47,305 bases of DNA from positions 1-47,305 of the forward strand of contig CAXYUO010000001.1 in the NCBI GenBank assembly GCA_964292185.1. Reading direction: 5' to 3'. The stretch is from an uncultured Frigoriflavimonas sp. GTDB lineage: Bacteria > Bacteroidota > Bacteroidia > Flavobacteriales > Weeksellaceae. Position 1 is the stretch's first letter. Every line of letters starts with the position of its first letter. The translations under genes and the position numbers were made by a program. Shown here piece by piece: positions 29,209 through 37,626 of the stretch. The notes under the pieces are model-generated. The model was not told the origin of the DNA and did no database searches. It saw nothing but the letters and a program-made list of their open reading frames with translations.

Positions 29209-29631
29209 ATGGGAATATTTAATTGGAAAAAGAAAAAAGCAAGTCTGTCTAATGAAGAAAATGAAGAATTACAGAAAGATAAAGATCTTATGTCTTTTGT
29301 TGCAGCAATAAATGCACAAAATGGCTCAACTAAATCACCTTTAGAATCTTTGCCTAGTTTTACAAGGGTTCCTAGTCTAATTTATGCTTGTATAATTGGT
29401 AAAATGTTTATGGTTAAAGATGCTATAAATAATGGAAGCGATATTAACGAAACTGATGATGATGGAACAACTCCACTTCACGCATCTTGTGAAGAAGGCA
29501 ACATAGAAATAGTACAGTTTTTATTAGATTTTGGTGCTGATAAAAACATTTTAAATAACAAAGGTATTCTTCCTATTGAACTTGCAGAAAATAAAGGTCA
29601 TCATTCAATAGTGGAATTATTGAGAAATTAA
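29209..29631 (+). CDS. Ankyrin-repeat protein
   Basis: 'GSDINETDDDGTTPLHASCEEGNIEIVQFLLDFGADKN...G..PIELA...GH..IVELL'; ATG 29209 preferred over TTG 29164. Confidence 0.9.
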   Translation: MGIFNWKKKKASLSNEENEELQKDKDLMSFVAAINAQNGSTKSPLESLPSFTRVPSLIYACIIGKMFMVKDAINNGSDINETDDDGTTPLHASCEEGNIEIVQFLLDFGADKNILNNKGILPIELAENKGHHSIVELLRN

Positions 29632-29695
29632 ACCAACCAATCCTTAAAATCTTTACTAGATTTCGGCTCACAGAAATTTCTAAATCAGATTGAAA
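29629..29695. repeat. Duplicated LytTR gene 3' end (67 bp)
   Basis: Aligns to 30956-31023 with 4 mismatches and a 1-nt gap. Confidence 0.92.
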
Positions 29696-29877
29696 GTGGT
29701 GTAGAATATGAACCCGCAGGAAATGGAAGCCCCGGTTTTGTAGGAATTGTACTTACAATTGCAAACTTCGGAAGTTTCAAAATAATTATTGAATACGTAA
29801 TTCTTTTAGGTTTAATAATATTCGCATTGCCTATAAAATTGAAATTGCGAAGTGAAACAGAATATCTAAAAAGGTAA
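29696..29877 (+). pseudogene. 5'-truncated membrane protein remnant
   Basis: Open frame without ATG (..GVEYEPAGNGSPGFVGIVLTIANFGSFKIIIEYVILLGLIIFALPIKLKLRSETEYLKR*) beginning at the repeat boundary. Confidence 0.5.
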
Positions 29878-29893
29878 AATTAGTTGTATAAAA

Positions 29894-29919
29894 AATCCTT
29901 TTGAACAATCAAAAGGATT
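29894..29919. terminator. Bidirectional intrinsic terminator
   Basis: AATCCTTTTGA-ACAA-TCAAAAGGATT perfect 11-bp stem between convergent frames. Confidence 0.75.
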
Positions 29920-29954
29920 ATTATTTTCTAACGATTGAGATAATTCAACACGTT

Positions 29955-30836
29955 TTATTTTTTCAAAGCTGTGAAATAATCATAGATTACAGGAACATTT
30001 TCGCTTCCCATATCTGCATCAAAAGCAGCTTGTAGATTTGAAGATGTAGCTTCGGCAATTTGAGAAACCGTACCAAGATCATTCATCATTTGTACAAAGT
30101 ATCCTAAATCTTTATTTGCATTGGCAATAGAAAATCCTAAATCGCTTACATTATCTACTGCATAATTTTTACAAAATTTCATAAATGGCGAATTAGATGG
30201 ACCAGCAGACATAATATCAAATAATTGTTGACCATCTACACCAGAAAGTTTCGCAGCCGCAAATGCTTGAGACATTGCTACAACAGTTGTCATTCCCATA
30301 AAATTGTTGATTAATTTTGTAGTATGACCTGCACCAAGTGGTCCTAAATGAAATACATTTTCGCCTTGCTCATCTAAAACTGGTTTCACTTTTTCGAAAG
30401 TTTCTTTATCTCCACCAGTCATTATATTTAGCAATCCATCTTTTGCGTGAGCTGGAGTTCTTCCAAGTGGAGCATCTATCATACCTGCTCCTTTTTCTGC
30501 AAGATCTTTTCCAATTTTTCTTGTAGATGCAGGAATAGAAGTTCCAAAATCTATCAATACCGAACCTTCTTTTATACCTGCTAATATTCCATTTTCACCA
30601 TATACTACTTTTTCCACAACTGCAGAAGTGGTAAGGCAAAGCATTACGATGTCGCTTTTTTCTGCTAATTCTTTTGGAGTAGTTGCTTCAGTTGCGTTTC
30701 CTCTAGCTATTACAGTTGCTACAACATCTTTATTAAGATCCATAACTGTAAGCTCGAAACCTCTTTTTTGCAAATTTTCTACCATATTTGCTCCCATTAA
30801 ACCGAGACCAATAAATCCTATTGAAGGCTTTTTCAT
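29955..30836 (-). CDS. NAD(P)-dependent oxidoreductase, beta-hydroxyacid dehydrogenase family
   Basis: 'IGFIGLGLMG', 'DAPLGR', catalytic 'G.G...KLINN', 'KDL'. Confidence 0.92.
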   Translation of the reverse strand: MKKPSIGFIGLGLMGANMVENLQKRGFELTVMDLNKDVVATVIARGNATEATTPKELAEKSDIVMLCLTTSAVVEKVVYGENGILAGIKEGSVLIDFGTSIPASTRKIGKDLAEKGAGMIDAPLGRTPAHAKDGLLNIMTGGDKETFEKVKPVLDEQGENVFHLGPLGAGHTTKLINNFMGMTTVVAMSQAFAAAKLSGVDGQQLFDIMSAGPSNSPFMKFCKNYAVDNVSDLGFSIANANKDLGYFVQMMNDLGTVSQIAEATSSNLQAAFDADMGSENVPVIYDYFTALKK

Positions 30837-30954
30837 AATTAATAATTTTTTCTAATAATATTTTACAAAGATAGGCATCTAAAAGCTAGAATTGCTAATT
30901 TGAAACTAAAAAAAATAAAAAATGACTACTGATATTTAGTATTTTTTTAAAATA

Positions 30955-31701
30955 CTAAACCAACCAATCCTTAAAATCTTTCACTCGATCTCGGCTCACA
31001 GAAATTTCTAAATCGGGTTGAAATTCTAAATCTACCTTATAAACAGGAGATGTGTGTATGTTTTTAATGAAATTTAAATGTACAATTACTTGCCGACTTA
31101 CTCGAAAAAAATCTTTTCCTTGAAGGTTATTTTCAAGTTCTTCTAGCGTAATATCTGTTGGATAATTTCTGTCTTTGGTTTGCAAATATGCAATATTGTT
31201 TTCACTATAAAAACAACTTACCTCATCAATCGAAATTATTTTTAAATTGTAACCTATTTTAACCAATATTCGGGTTAGTTTTGGCTCATCTTTTTTAATT
31301 AGTTGTTTGTAATTCAAATCATTAGAAGGTAATTCTTCTGGCAAGAAGCTTTTGTATTTTTCAATAGCTTTTTCTAAGTCTTCTTGCAAAATTGGTTTTA
31401 ATAAATAATCTATGGAATTGAGTTTAAACGCCTTCAAAGTATATTGATCAAAAGCTGTGGTATAAATGATAAAGCTCTTTGTCGGGATTTTTTCGAAAAT
31501 ATCAAAAGACAAACCATCACCCAAAACAATATCCGAAAATATAAGATTTGGATGTTCGTTATTTTTAAAATAAACAATGCCTTCTTCTACAGAATTTACA
31601 ATTGCAACTAATTCTAAATCAGGAAACAAGCTAATCATTCTTTCTAATTTTCTTGCTGCAGGTTTTTCGTCTTCTATGATTACGGTTCGTATTTTCGTCA
31701 T
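30955..31701 (-). CDS. LytTR-family response regulator
   Basis: Receiver 'IIEDE...SDI...TTAFD..LKAF...DYLLKP' plus LytTR 'FFRVSRQ.IV...VSR'. Confidence 0.95.
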   Translation of the reverse strand: MTKIRTVIIEDEKPAARKLERMISLFPDLELVAIVNSVEEGIVYFKNNEHPNLIFSDIVLGDGLSFDIFEKIPTKSFIIYTTAFDQYTLKAFKLNSIDYLLKPILQEDLEKAIEKYKSFLPEELPSNDLNYKQLIKKDEPKLTRILVKIGYNLKIISIDEVSCFYSENNIAYLQTKDRNYPTDITLEELENNLQGKDFFRVSRQVIVHLNFIKNIHTSPVYKVDLEFQPDLEISVSRDRVKDFKDWLV

Positions 31702-32009
31702 TATTTCTGATGTCTATTTTTATTCATCAATTCTTTTATTTTTCGCTCTTCCCAATCGTTTCCAAGAATAAAATTGGGTAGAAAAACACTTAAACCATGT
31801 CCTATTATTCCAATTCCCCAAAAACCTAATGTAACAAAATTTTGCCATTGAAAATAACTTTCGCCTGGTTTCAATTCTTGGTAATTAAAAAATACGATGA
31901 ATAAATTTACAAAAATATAAACTAAAAGGTGAGTATAAAAACCTTTGATGCGTTTTACTCTTTTCTTGGCTTCCAGATATTTTATATTGTCGGTTTTATT
32001 TATTTCCAT
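31701..32009 (-). CDS. 2TM domain protein
   Basis: 'AKKRVKRIKGFYTHL..Y..VN...WGIG...H......WEERKI'. Confidence 0.88.
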   Translation of the reverse strand: MEINKTDNIKYLEAKKRVKRIKGFYTHLLVYIFVNLFIVFFNYQELKPGESYFQWQNFVTLGFWGIGIIGHGLSVFLPNFILGNDWEERKIKELMNKNRHQK

Positions 32010-32295
32010 TTTTGTTTTTATTTAGTTCTTTATCCATCATTTTGCGTTCCCAGTTTTGGTTGAAGTAAAATATTTTCACCGCTTTTATGGCTAATATAAT
32101 TCCCCAAATCCAAAATACAATCGAGATATTATGATTGTCTAAAAATGTAATTTCTCCCGTTTTATAGTATTTCCTAAGACTTACAAATAAAAATACTATA
32201 ATAAAAATTGCTAAACTTGCATAGAATTTTTTCAATTGAGAAACTCTTTCTTTTGCAATAGAAAAATCGATTTCTTTCTGTTTTAAATTTTCCAT
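31996..32295 (-). CDS. 2TM domain protein
   Basis: 'AKERV..LKKFY...WG......WERKM'. Confidence 0.82.
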   Translation of the reverse strand: MENLKQKEIDFSIAKERVSQLKKFYASLAIFIIVFLFVSLRKYYKTGEITFLDNHNISIVFWIWGIILAIKAVKIFYFNQNWERKMMDKELNKNKNGNK

Positions 32296-32301
32296 TTTTA
32301 T

Positions 32302-33630
32302 TTATTTTTTTAAATTTTCTTTGTCCAAAATTTTCTGAATTTGACGCTCTTCCCAATTTTTGCTTATTCCAAAAACCGAAATTCCATGGGAAGCTAAACC
32401 AATTCCCCATCCTAACATTGGCCACCAAAACCATTGATATTGTGGTGCGGTATAAAGATTTACAAAAATTAGAAAAGGAATTACGAGGCAATAAGAAATT
32501 AAATTTCCGTAGAATCCTTTTATTTCATTTACGCGTTTTGCAGCTCTTTCATAAACTCCGTTTTCTGAATAATTTGTAGTTTCCATGGTTGATGTTTTTT
32601 CTGTTAAAATAGGTATTTTCACTCTGAAATATTGGTCTGTTTTTTCTACAAAAACATTTTTATTGGTAAGCAAATGATAGCGTTGTACGATATTTGCCAA
32701 GCCAATTCCTGAAGATTCTTTGCCGCTTTCTCGTTCTTGTAGATTGTTTTCTATTAAGAGCATTCCGTTTTCTGAATAGATTTTAATAGATAATGGTTTT
32801 GTAGAAGTTGCGAAATTGTGTTTAATGCAATTTTCTAATAATAATTGTAGAGAAAGTGGAACTACAAACAATTTTTTGACCTCTTCAGAAACTTCAAATT
32901 TGAAATCTACACTGTCTTCAAAACGTGTTTTTAGTAAAGCTGTATAGGTTTTTGCAAATTCTATTTCTTCTTCTACAGAAACCAATTCTTTGTCTTTTTG
33001 TTCTAAAATATAGCGGTAAATTTTCGACATTGAAGCTGTGAATTTCTGTGCCTGTTCTGGGTTTTCATCAATTAAAGCACTTAAAACATTTAAAGAATTA
33101 AATAAAAAATGTGGATCTAATTGGTTTTTTAATGTTTCGAATTGTGCATTGGCAGAATTGGCGATTAATTTTTGCTCTACAACTTCTTTTTTAGAAGATT
33201 TTTTCCACTCTTCCATAAAACCTTTTGCATGGAAAATTGCTGAAAATAATAGTGCAATATTGATAATCAACCAATTTATAAACCCCATAGATCCTGAGAA
33301 AAATCTGGAAGAATCTGCTTTTTGAAGCAAAATAAAATTGATATAATTACAGCCAAAAACTAAAATTACATTAACGAAAATTGTTCCTAAAATTCCTAAA
33401 ATTATTCGTGTTCTTGTATTATCTATCCATGAATATTTAGAATTTAGATAATCATTCAACAAAGTATTCCCAAAAGTAAAAACGAAAGTATATAAAGATG
33501 AAACTAAAAAACTCATCATCAAATTGCTGATGCTCTTATCTTTTGTAAAAAACACAAAGAAGAATAGTCCTGTAGCAAGTGAAATCCAAAGGAAATTGAT
33601 GCTTTTTTTTCTTAATTCGTTGGTATTCAT
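32302..33630 (-). CDS. LytS/YehU-type sensor histidine kinase with a fused C-terminal 2TM domain
   Basis: N-terminal TM helices; 'LKNQLDPHFLFNSLN', 'LLENCIKH', 'GIGLANI'; 2TM motif from M at 32586. Confidence 0.92.
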   Translation of the reverse strand: MNTNELRKKSINFLWISLATGLFFFVFFTKDKSISNLMMSFLVSSLYTFVFTFGNTLLNDYLNSKYSWIDNTRTRIILGILGTIFVNVILVFGCNYINFILLQKADSSRFFSGSMGFINWLIINIALLFSAIFHAKGFMEEWKKSSKKEVVEQKLIANSANAQFETLKNQLDPHFLFNSLNVLSALIDENPEQAQKFTASMSKIYRYILEQKDKELVSVEEEIEFAKTYTALLKTRFEDSVDFKFEVSEEVKKLFVVPLSLQLLLENCIKHNFATSTKPLSIKIYSENGMLLIENNLQERESGKESSGIGLANIVQRYHLLTNKNVFVEKTDQYFRVKIPILTEKTSTMETTNYSENGVYERAAKRVNEIKGFYGNLISYCLVIPFLIFVNLYTAPQYQWFWWPMLGWGIGLASHGISVFGISKNWEERQIQKILDKENLKK

Positions 33631-33684
33631 TTTGTAAATTTAATTTTATTTTGAATTATTCAATGTCTTATAAAGATGTGAAAA

Positions 33685-33975
33685 TTATTTATTTAAAATT
33701 CTTTGAATTTCTTTTTCTTCCCAATTTCTTCCCAATAAAAAGTTTTGACCGAATACGGAGAAACCATGTGCAAAAAGACCAATTCCCCAGAATAAAGCCG
33801 TCATATATGGATCTGAAGTAATTATACTTTGTGGGCTTGCAATATAGCAGCTTATTATTATAAATAGGTTTACTAAAAAATATACTGTTGCGTGTGTATA
33901 AAATCCTTTCATGCTTTTCACTCTTTTTTGAGCTTGTACTAGTTTTTCTTGTTGTGTGATTGTGTAAGTTTCCAT
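33685..33975 (-). CDS. 2TM domain protein
   Basis: From ATG 33975: 'AQKRVKSMKGFYTH..VY..VN...WGIGL..H...WEEKEI'. Confidence 0.88.
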   Translation of the reverse strand: METYTITQQEKLVQAQKRVKSMKGFYTHATVYFLVNLFIIISCYIASPQSIITSDPYMTALFWGIGLFAHGFSVFGQNFLLGRNWEEKEIQRILNK

Positions 33976-34007
33976 TGTGATATAATTTATTTGGTTAATT
34001 AATAGTG

Positions 34008-34079
34008 TAAAGATATGTTGACAAACAGGCATTTACAAGTATTTCTAGCTGAATGGTATGTTTATATATCTGAATCGTA
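34008..34079 (-). promoter_or_regulatory. Promoter with a putative LytTR direct-repeat box
   Basis: -7 TATCTTTA (34015-34008); plus-strand CTGAATGGTA (34049) and CTGAATCGTA (34070), 21-bp period. Confidence 0.75.
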
Positions 34080-34099
34080 ACTTGAAAATACTTTTGCAG

Positions 34100-34137
34100 A
34101 AAAAAACCCTTTCGGTCTTTAGAAAGATGAAAGGGTT
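34100..34137 (-). terminator. Intrinsic terminator after the TPR-like gene
   Basis: AACCCTTTC...GAAAGGGTT stem with an A run on the left (U tract on the minus strand). Confidence 0.7.
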
Positions 34138-34160
34138 GAATTTTTTAAGAATAATAAAAT

Positions 34161-34817
34161 TTATTTTTCAGCTTCGTTTATAAAATAATCTGCTTCTTCT
34201 TTTCCCCAAGTTGGGCTTAAAGTTGATGCGTTTTTATAAGATTCATACTGCAATTTTGCTTTTTTGAAAAGTTCTAAACCCTTTTCTTTACTTCCTCCAA
34301 ACTGTTCTGGCGTAAAATACGTGTCTTCTGCTTTTATTAATGTAATTCTAGGATTTTCCGGATCCATTCTTTCAGCTTCTGCAAGATATTTTGTAGCCAA
34401 AGATCCTTCACTCATAAATCTCGCTTGCGGATTTACCATCATTCTAAGACTGTGAACCATTTTTTTCAAAATCACAACTTCCACATTTTCTGGAGCTTTG
34501 CTTTCTGCTAAATCGATAAATTTTTGTGCTTGATCAGATATTGCATCTAATTCTGAAGTTTTTCCTTGTTGAAATAAAATTCTTCCTTTTTGGATAAGTG
34601 CATAAGCTGCGTAGTAATTTGGCAAAAATTCTGTGGTTTCTCTAAAACCAATCCTTTCAAAATCATTGGCAAAAGCTGTAAGTTCTTCTGCACTTTGGCT
34701 TTTTTGTACTTTGGCTACTTTTTCCGTCATTGCTTTTTCATAAGCAGTTTGCGCAAAAGCAGTAATACTTGTGAAAATAAGCGCAAATACTAATGTTAAA
34801 TTTTTAATTGTTTTCAT
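34161..34817 (-). CDS. Secreted TPR-like helical protein
   Basis: Signal peptide (AFAQ); 'FERIG', 'YYAA', 'PENPR', 'TPEQFGG', 'P.WG'. Confidence 0.8.
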   Translation of the reverse strand: MKTIKNLTLVFALIFTSITAFAQTAYEKAMTEKVAKVQKSQSAEELTAFANDFERIGFRETTEFLPNYYAAYALIQKGRILFQQGKTSELDAISDQAQKFIDLAESKAPENVEVVILKKMVHSLRMMVNPQARFMSEGSLATKYLAEAERMDPENPRITLIKAEDTYFTPEQFGGSKEKGLELFKKAKLQYESYKNASTLSPTWGKEEADYFINEAEK

Positions 34818-34848
34818 GATAGTTATATTTTGTTGATTAATTGTAGTG

Positions 34849-34920
34849 TAAATATAAAGTAGAATTTTTCCTTTTAAAAATAATTTCTACTGAATGGTAA
34901 TTTTTTATTTCTGAATGGAA
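34849..34920 (-). promoter_or_regulatory. Promoter with a putative LytTR direct-repeat box
   Basis: -7 TATATTTA (34856-34849); CTGAATGGTA (34890) and CTGAATGGAA (34911). Confidence 0.75.
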
Positions 34921-35023
34921 TTCTCTAAGTCATATATAAAAGTTGGGGTCAAAAAATCATTCCAACTTCATTTTCTTAACAAAAACAAACTTTGATTGTT
35001 TCTTTTTTAATTTTCAATATTAA

Positions 35024-35194
35024 GAGCATGTTTAAAATTGTATTAAAACCACAACAGTTTAAGAAAATTAAACACTTTTTAAAGTAAAAATAAGTTTATT
35101 GTGACTTATTTTCTCTTTAGAAAGAATTATTTAAGCTCATTTTTTTGTTCCTTTTGTGGTTTAAATTATTTTTATAAAAAATTTAAACAAGCTC
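35024..35194. mobile_element. MITE-like element, 171 bp, with IS5-like ends
   Basis: TIRs GAGCATGTTTAAA / TTTAAACAAGCTC (12/13), flanked by a TAA direct repeat at 35021-23 and 35195-97; no ORF. Confidence 0.7.
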
Positions 35195-35305
35195 TAAGAA
35201 TTTAAGGTTTAAATGAAACAAATCTCTTTCAATTTCATCAAATTCAACTCTCGCAATTTAGGCAGATTTTTTTAGCTTCCGACTTCCTCCTACAAACCTC
35301 AACTT

Positions 35306-37513
35306 CTACAAATTATTATTAATCGCATCATTCGTTTTATCTACTCCAAAACTGATGAAAGCTCCGATAAACACGAAAGTATTAGAAGGTGGAAGTACTG
35401 CAGAATTTCGCAAACCATCATTAGAAAAGTTGTATCCGTAGATGTTTTTCTGCCCCAAAATATTAGAAACACTTAATACCAAAACGGTAAACGCTTTTGC
35501 ATCTTTTTTGCCCAAATTTGGTAGATAATTCAAACTAAAATTCAAACCACTGTAATCTTTTAATTTTCCTTCATTTCTGATGGTGTTTTGTCCATTTTCT
35601 GAAATAATATCATAATAAGATCTTCCAGAAGAATAGGTGTAAGACATGTTGAAACCTGTTTTCCAGCTGGTTACAAATTTTTTAGCAACAAGAGAAAGTG
35701 TATGCTTTGCAGCAAAACTTGGAGCTAAACTAAAAGGATAGTTTTGGAAATCTCTTTCGGAATCTAAATAAGAATAACTTACCCAATAATCTATATTTTT
35801 AATGGATTTTTTGTCTCGCCAAAATAACTCTACACCTTTTGCAAAGCCATTTCCATTATTATTGATGGCAGTTTGCAGAGAAAAATTATTTTTAGTTTTT
35901 ATGAATTGATCATATTTTTTGTAAAAAGCTTCTAAACGCAGGTTTCTACCTTCGGTATTTCTTTGAATTTGAAAAATATAATGATCTGCTTTTTGAAAAT
36001 CTAGCGGAGCATCAGAATTAATGAATTTGCTTTCTGGGTTTTGATAAAAAGTTCCGTAAGCTAAAGAAGTAGTGAATTCTTTCGCCAATCTGTAGGCAAC
36101 TGCAAGTCTTGGTGCAATATTCCATTTATTTAAATAAGAAGAATTTTCTGCTCGAAGTCCTATTTTAGCAGAAAAATTATTGCTAAAACCTAAATCAGTT
36201 TCCAGAAAACCAGAAGAAATCAAATCGGTATATTTTTTTTCAAAAGTTCCGTATTTGGTGTTTTCATCGGCATTATTCAATTCAAAACCACCTCGCAAAG
36301 CTGATATTCTGTTTATTTTTCTTTCTACCACAGCTTTTGCGTTGATGTAATTTCCAATACTTGTAGTGTTGAAGTTGGATTGTTGCACATCATTAAGCAA
36401 ATTAGAAAAATCAATATCCGATTTATTATAGGTAAAAGAAGTTCCTACATTCAGCAAATATGCTCCAAATTTTTGTTTGAATGATAGATTTTGAAAGATA
36501 TTGTTTCCTTTTAAAGCAACTTTATTTTTATCGAATTCTGGTTCCAAACTTTTTGATAAAACACCTAACTTGTTGTTGTCAAATTTTGCATAATATTTAA
36601 AAAAACCTCCTGATTTTGTTTTTATTCTAAAATTGGCATCTCCAGAAATAGAATTGGGAGCTTTATGAAATTCTGTATTGAAGTTGATCAGTTTTGTAAT
36701 CAAATCTAAATTAGAATATCCTAAACTAAAACCATAAGATGCATTTTTTGCAGCATTTAATTTTTGATAATTTCCTGTTAAAAATATGGGAGAAACACCT
36801 AAATCAAAGGAAGTTTGTTCGGGTAAATCTACACTTTCTAAAATTAAAACTCCAGATAAAGCTTGCCCATAAAGTGCAGAATATCCACCACTTGAAAAAA
36901 TATTTCCTTTAAAAAGTGAAGTGTTGAATTGATCTCTTCCAGCAATTCCGGGAACAGAATTAGAAAAATAATTATTGATTAAGCTTCCATCCATGAAGAT
37001 TTTTGCTTCTGCTCCAGTTCCACCACGAACAAACAGACCTTCGGTTTCTCCAACTTTTTGCACACCAGGAAGATAATTTAATGCTGAAGAAATTTGACCA
37101 TCTGCTCCTGCAGTTGTATAAATGTCTATTGGTGTTAATAATGCCGTTGCACGTTTTTTATCACTTGCTTCTATGCTTCCTGCAGAAATTACAACGGCTT
37201 CTATTTCGCTTATTTGTTCCTTCAATTCTGCATTTTCGGCAATATTTTCGTCTGCTAAAACGATAGCTTTTTCAAGTTCTACAAATTTAGTATTGCTGAA
37301 AACCAAAATGTGATTTCCTTTTTCTGTGGTTTCAAAACTATAATTTCCGTTTGCATCAGAAGTTGCTCCATCATACTTATCTTTCAAGGTTACAGAAATA
37401 TTCGGAACTCCTTTGTTTCTATAAGTGATTTTTCCGCTGATTTTGATTTGCGCAGAAACAAACATCAATGAAAATATCAGAAATACCGAAAGAAATTTTG
37501 TGATTGGCTTCAT
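35306..37513 (-). CDS. TonB-dependent outer membrane receptor (N-terminal carboxypeptidase-regulatory-like domain)
   Basis: Signal peptide, 'ISGKI...DGATSDANGNY.F', plug 'LPGV...LFVRGG...DG', 'GGYSALYGQALSGV', beta-barrel. Confidence 0.93.
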   Translation of the reverse strand: MKPITKFLSVFLIFSLMFVSAQIKISGKITYRNKGVPNISVTLKDKYDGATSDANGNYSFETTEKGNHILVFSNTKFVELEKAIVLADENIAENAELKEQISEIEAVVISAGSIEASDKKRATALLTPIDIYTTAGADGQISSALNYLPGVQKVGETEGLFVRGGTGAEAKIFMDGSLINNYFSNSVPGIAGRDQFNTSLFKGNIFSSGGYSALYGQALSGVLILESVDLPEQTSFDLGVSPIFLTGNYQKLNAAKNASYGFSLGYSNLDLITKLINFNTEFHKAPNSISGDANFRIKTKSGGFFKYYAKFDNNKLGVLSKSLEPEFDKNKVALKGNNIFQNLSFKQKFGAYLLNVGTSFTYNKSDIDFSNLLNDVQQSNFNTTSIGNYINAKAVVERKINRISALRGGFELNNADENTKYGTFEKKYTDLISSGFLETDLGFSNNFSAKIGLRAENSSYLNKWNIAPRLAVAYRLAKEFTTSLAYGTFYQNPESKFINSDAPLDFQKADHYIFQIQRNTEGRNLRLEAFYKKYDQFIKTKNNFSLQTAINNNGNGFAKGVELFWRDKKSIKNIDYWVSYSYLDSERDFQNYPFSLAPSFAAKHTLSLVAKKFVTSWKTGFNMSYTYSSGRSYYDIISENGQNTIRNEGKLKDYSGLNFSLNYLPNLGKKDAKAFTVLVLSVSNILGQKNIYGYNFSNDGLRNSAVLPPSNTFVFIGAFISFGVDKTNDAINNNL

Positions 37514-37530
37514 CGTTTTTAAATTTAAAC

Positions 37531-37602
37531 CAAAGATAAATTATAGATACAAAATGTAAAATTATATTTCACCGAATGGTACATTTTCAATGCTCAAAAG
37601 TA
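37531..37602 (-). promoter_or_regulatory. Promoter with a putative LytTR direct-repeat box
   Basis: -7 TATCTTTG (37538-37531); CCGAATGGTA (37572) and degenerate CTCAAAAGTA (37593). Confidence 0.65.
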
Positions 37603-37626
37603 AATTTTATGAAAAAATTCAGAATA

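Noticed and set aside
23488-30955. Prophage, ICE or classical integron at mnmA
   Set aside because: No integrase, transposase, relaxase or phage gene, and no attC-type sites. The boundaries are gene-end duplications only.
30935-30959. AT-rich palindrome TTTAGTATTTT/AAAATACTAAA at the lytTR stop
   Set aside because: Could be a weak terminator, but it is almost all A/T and is not distinguishable from chance.
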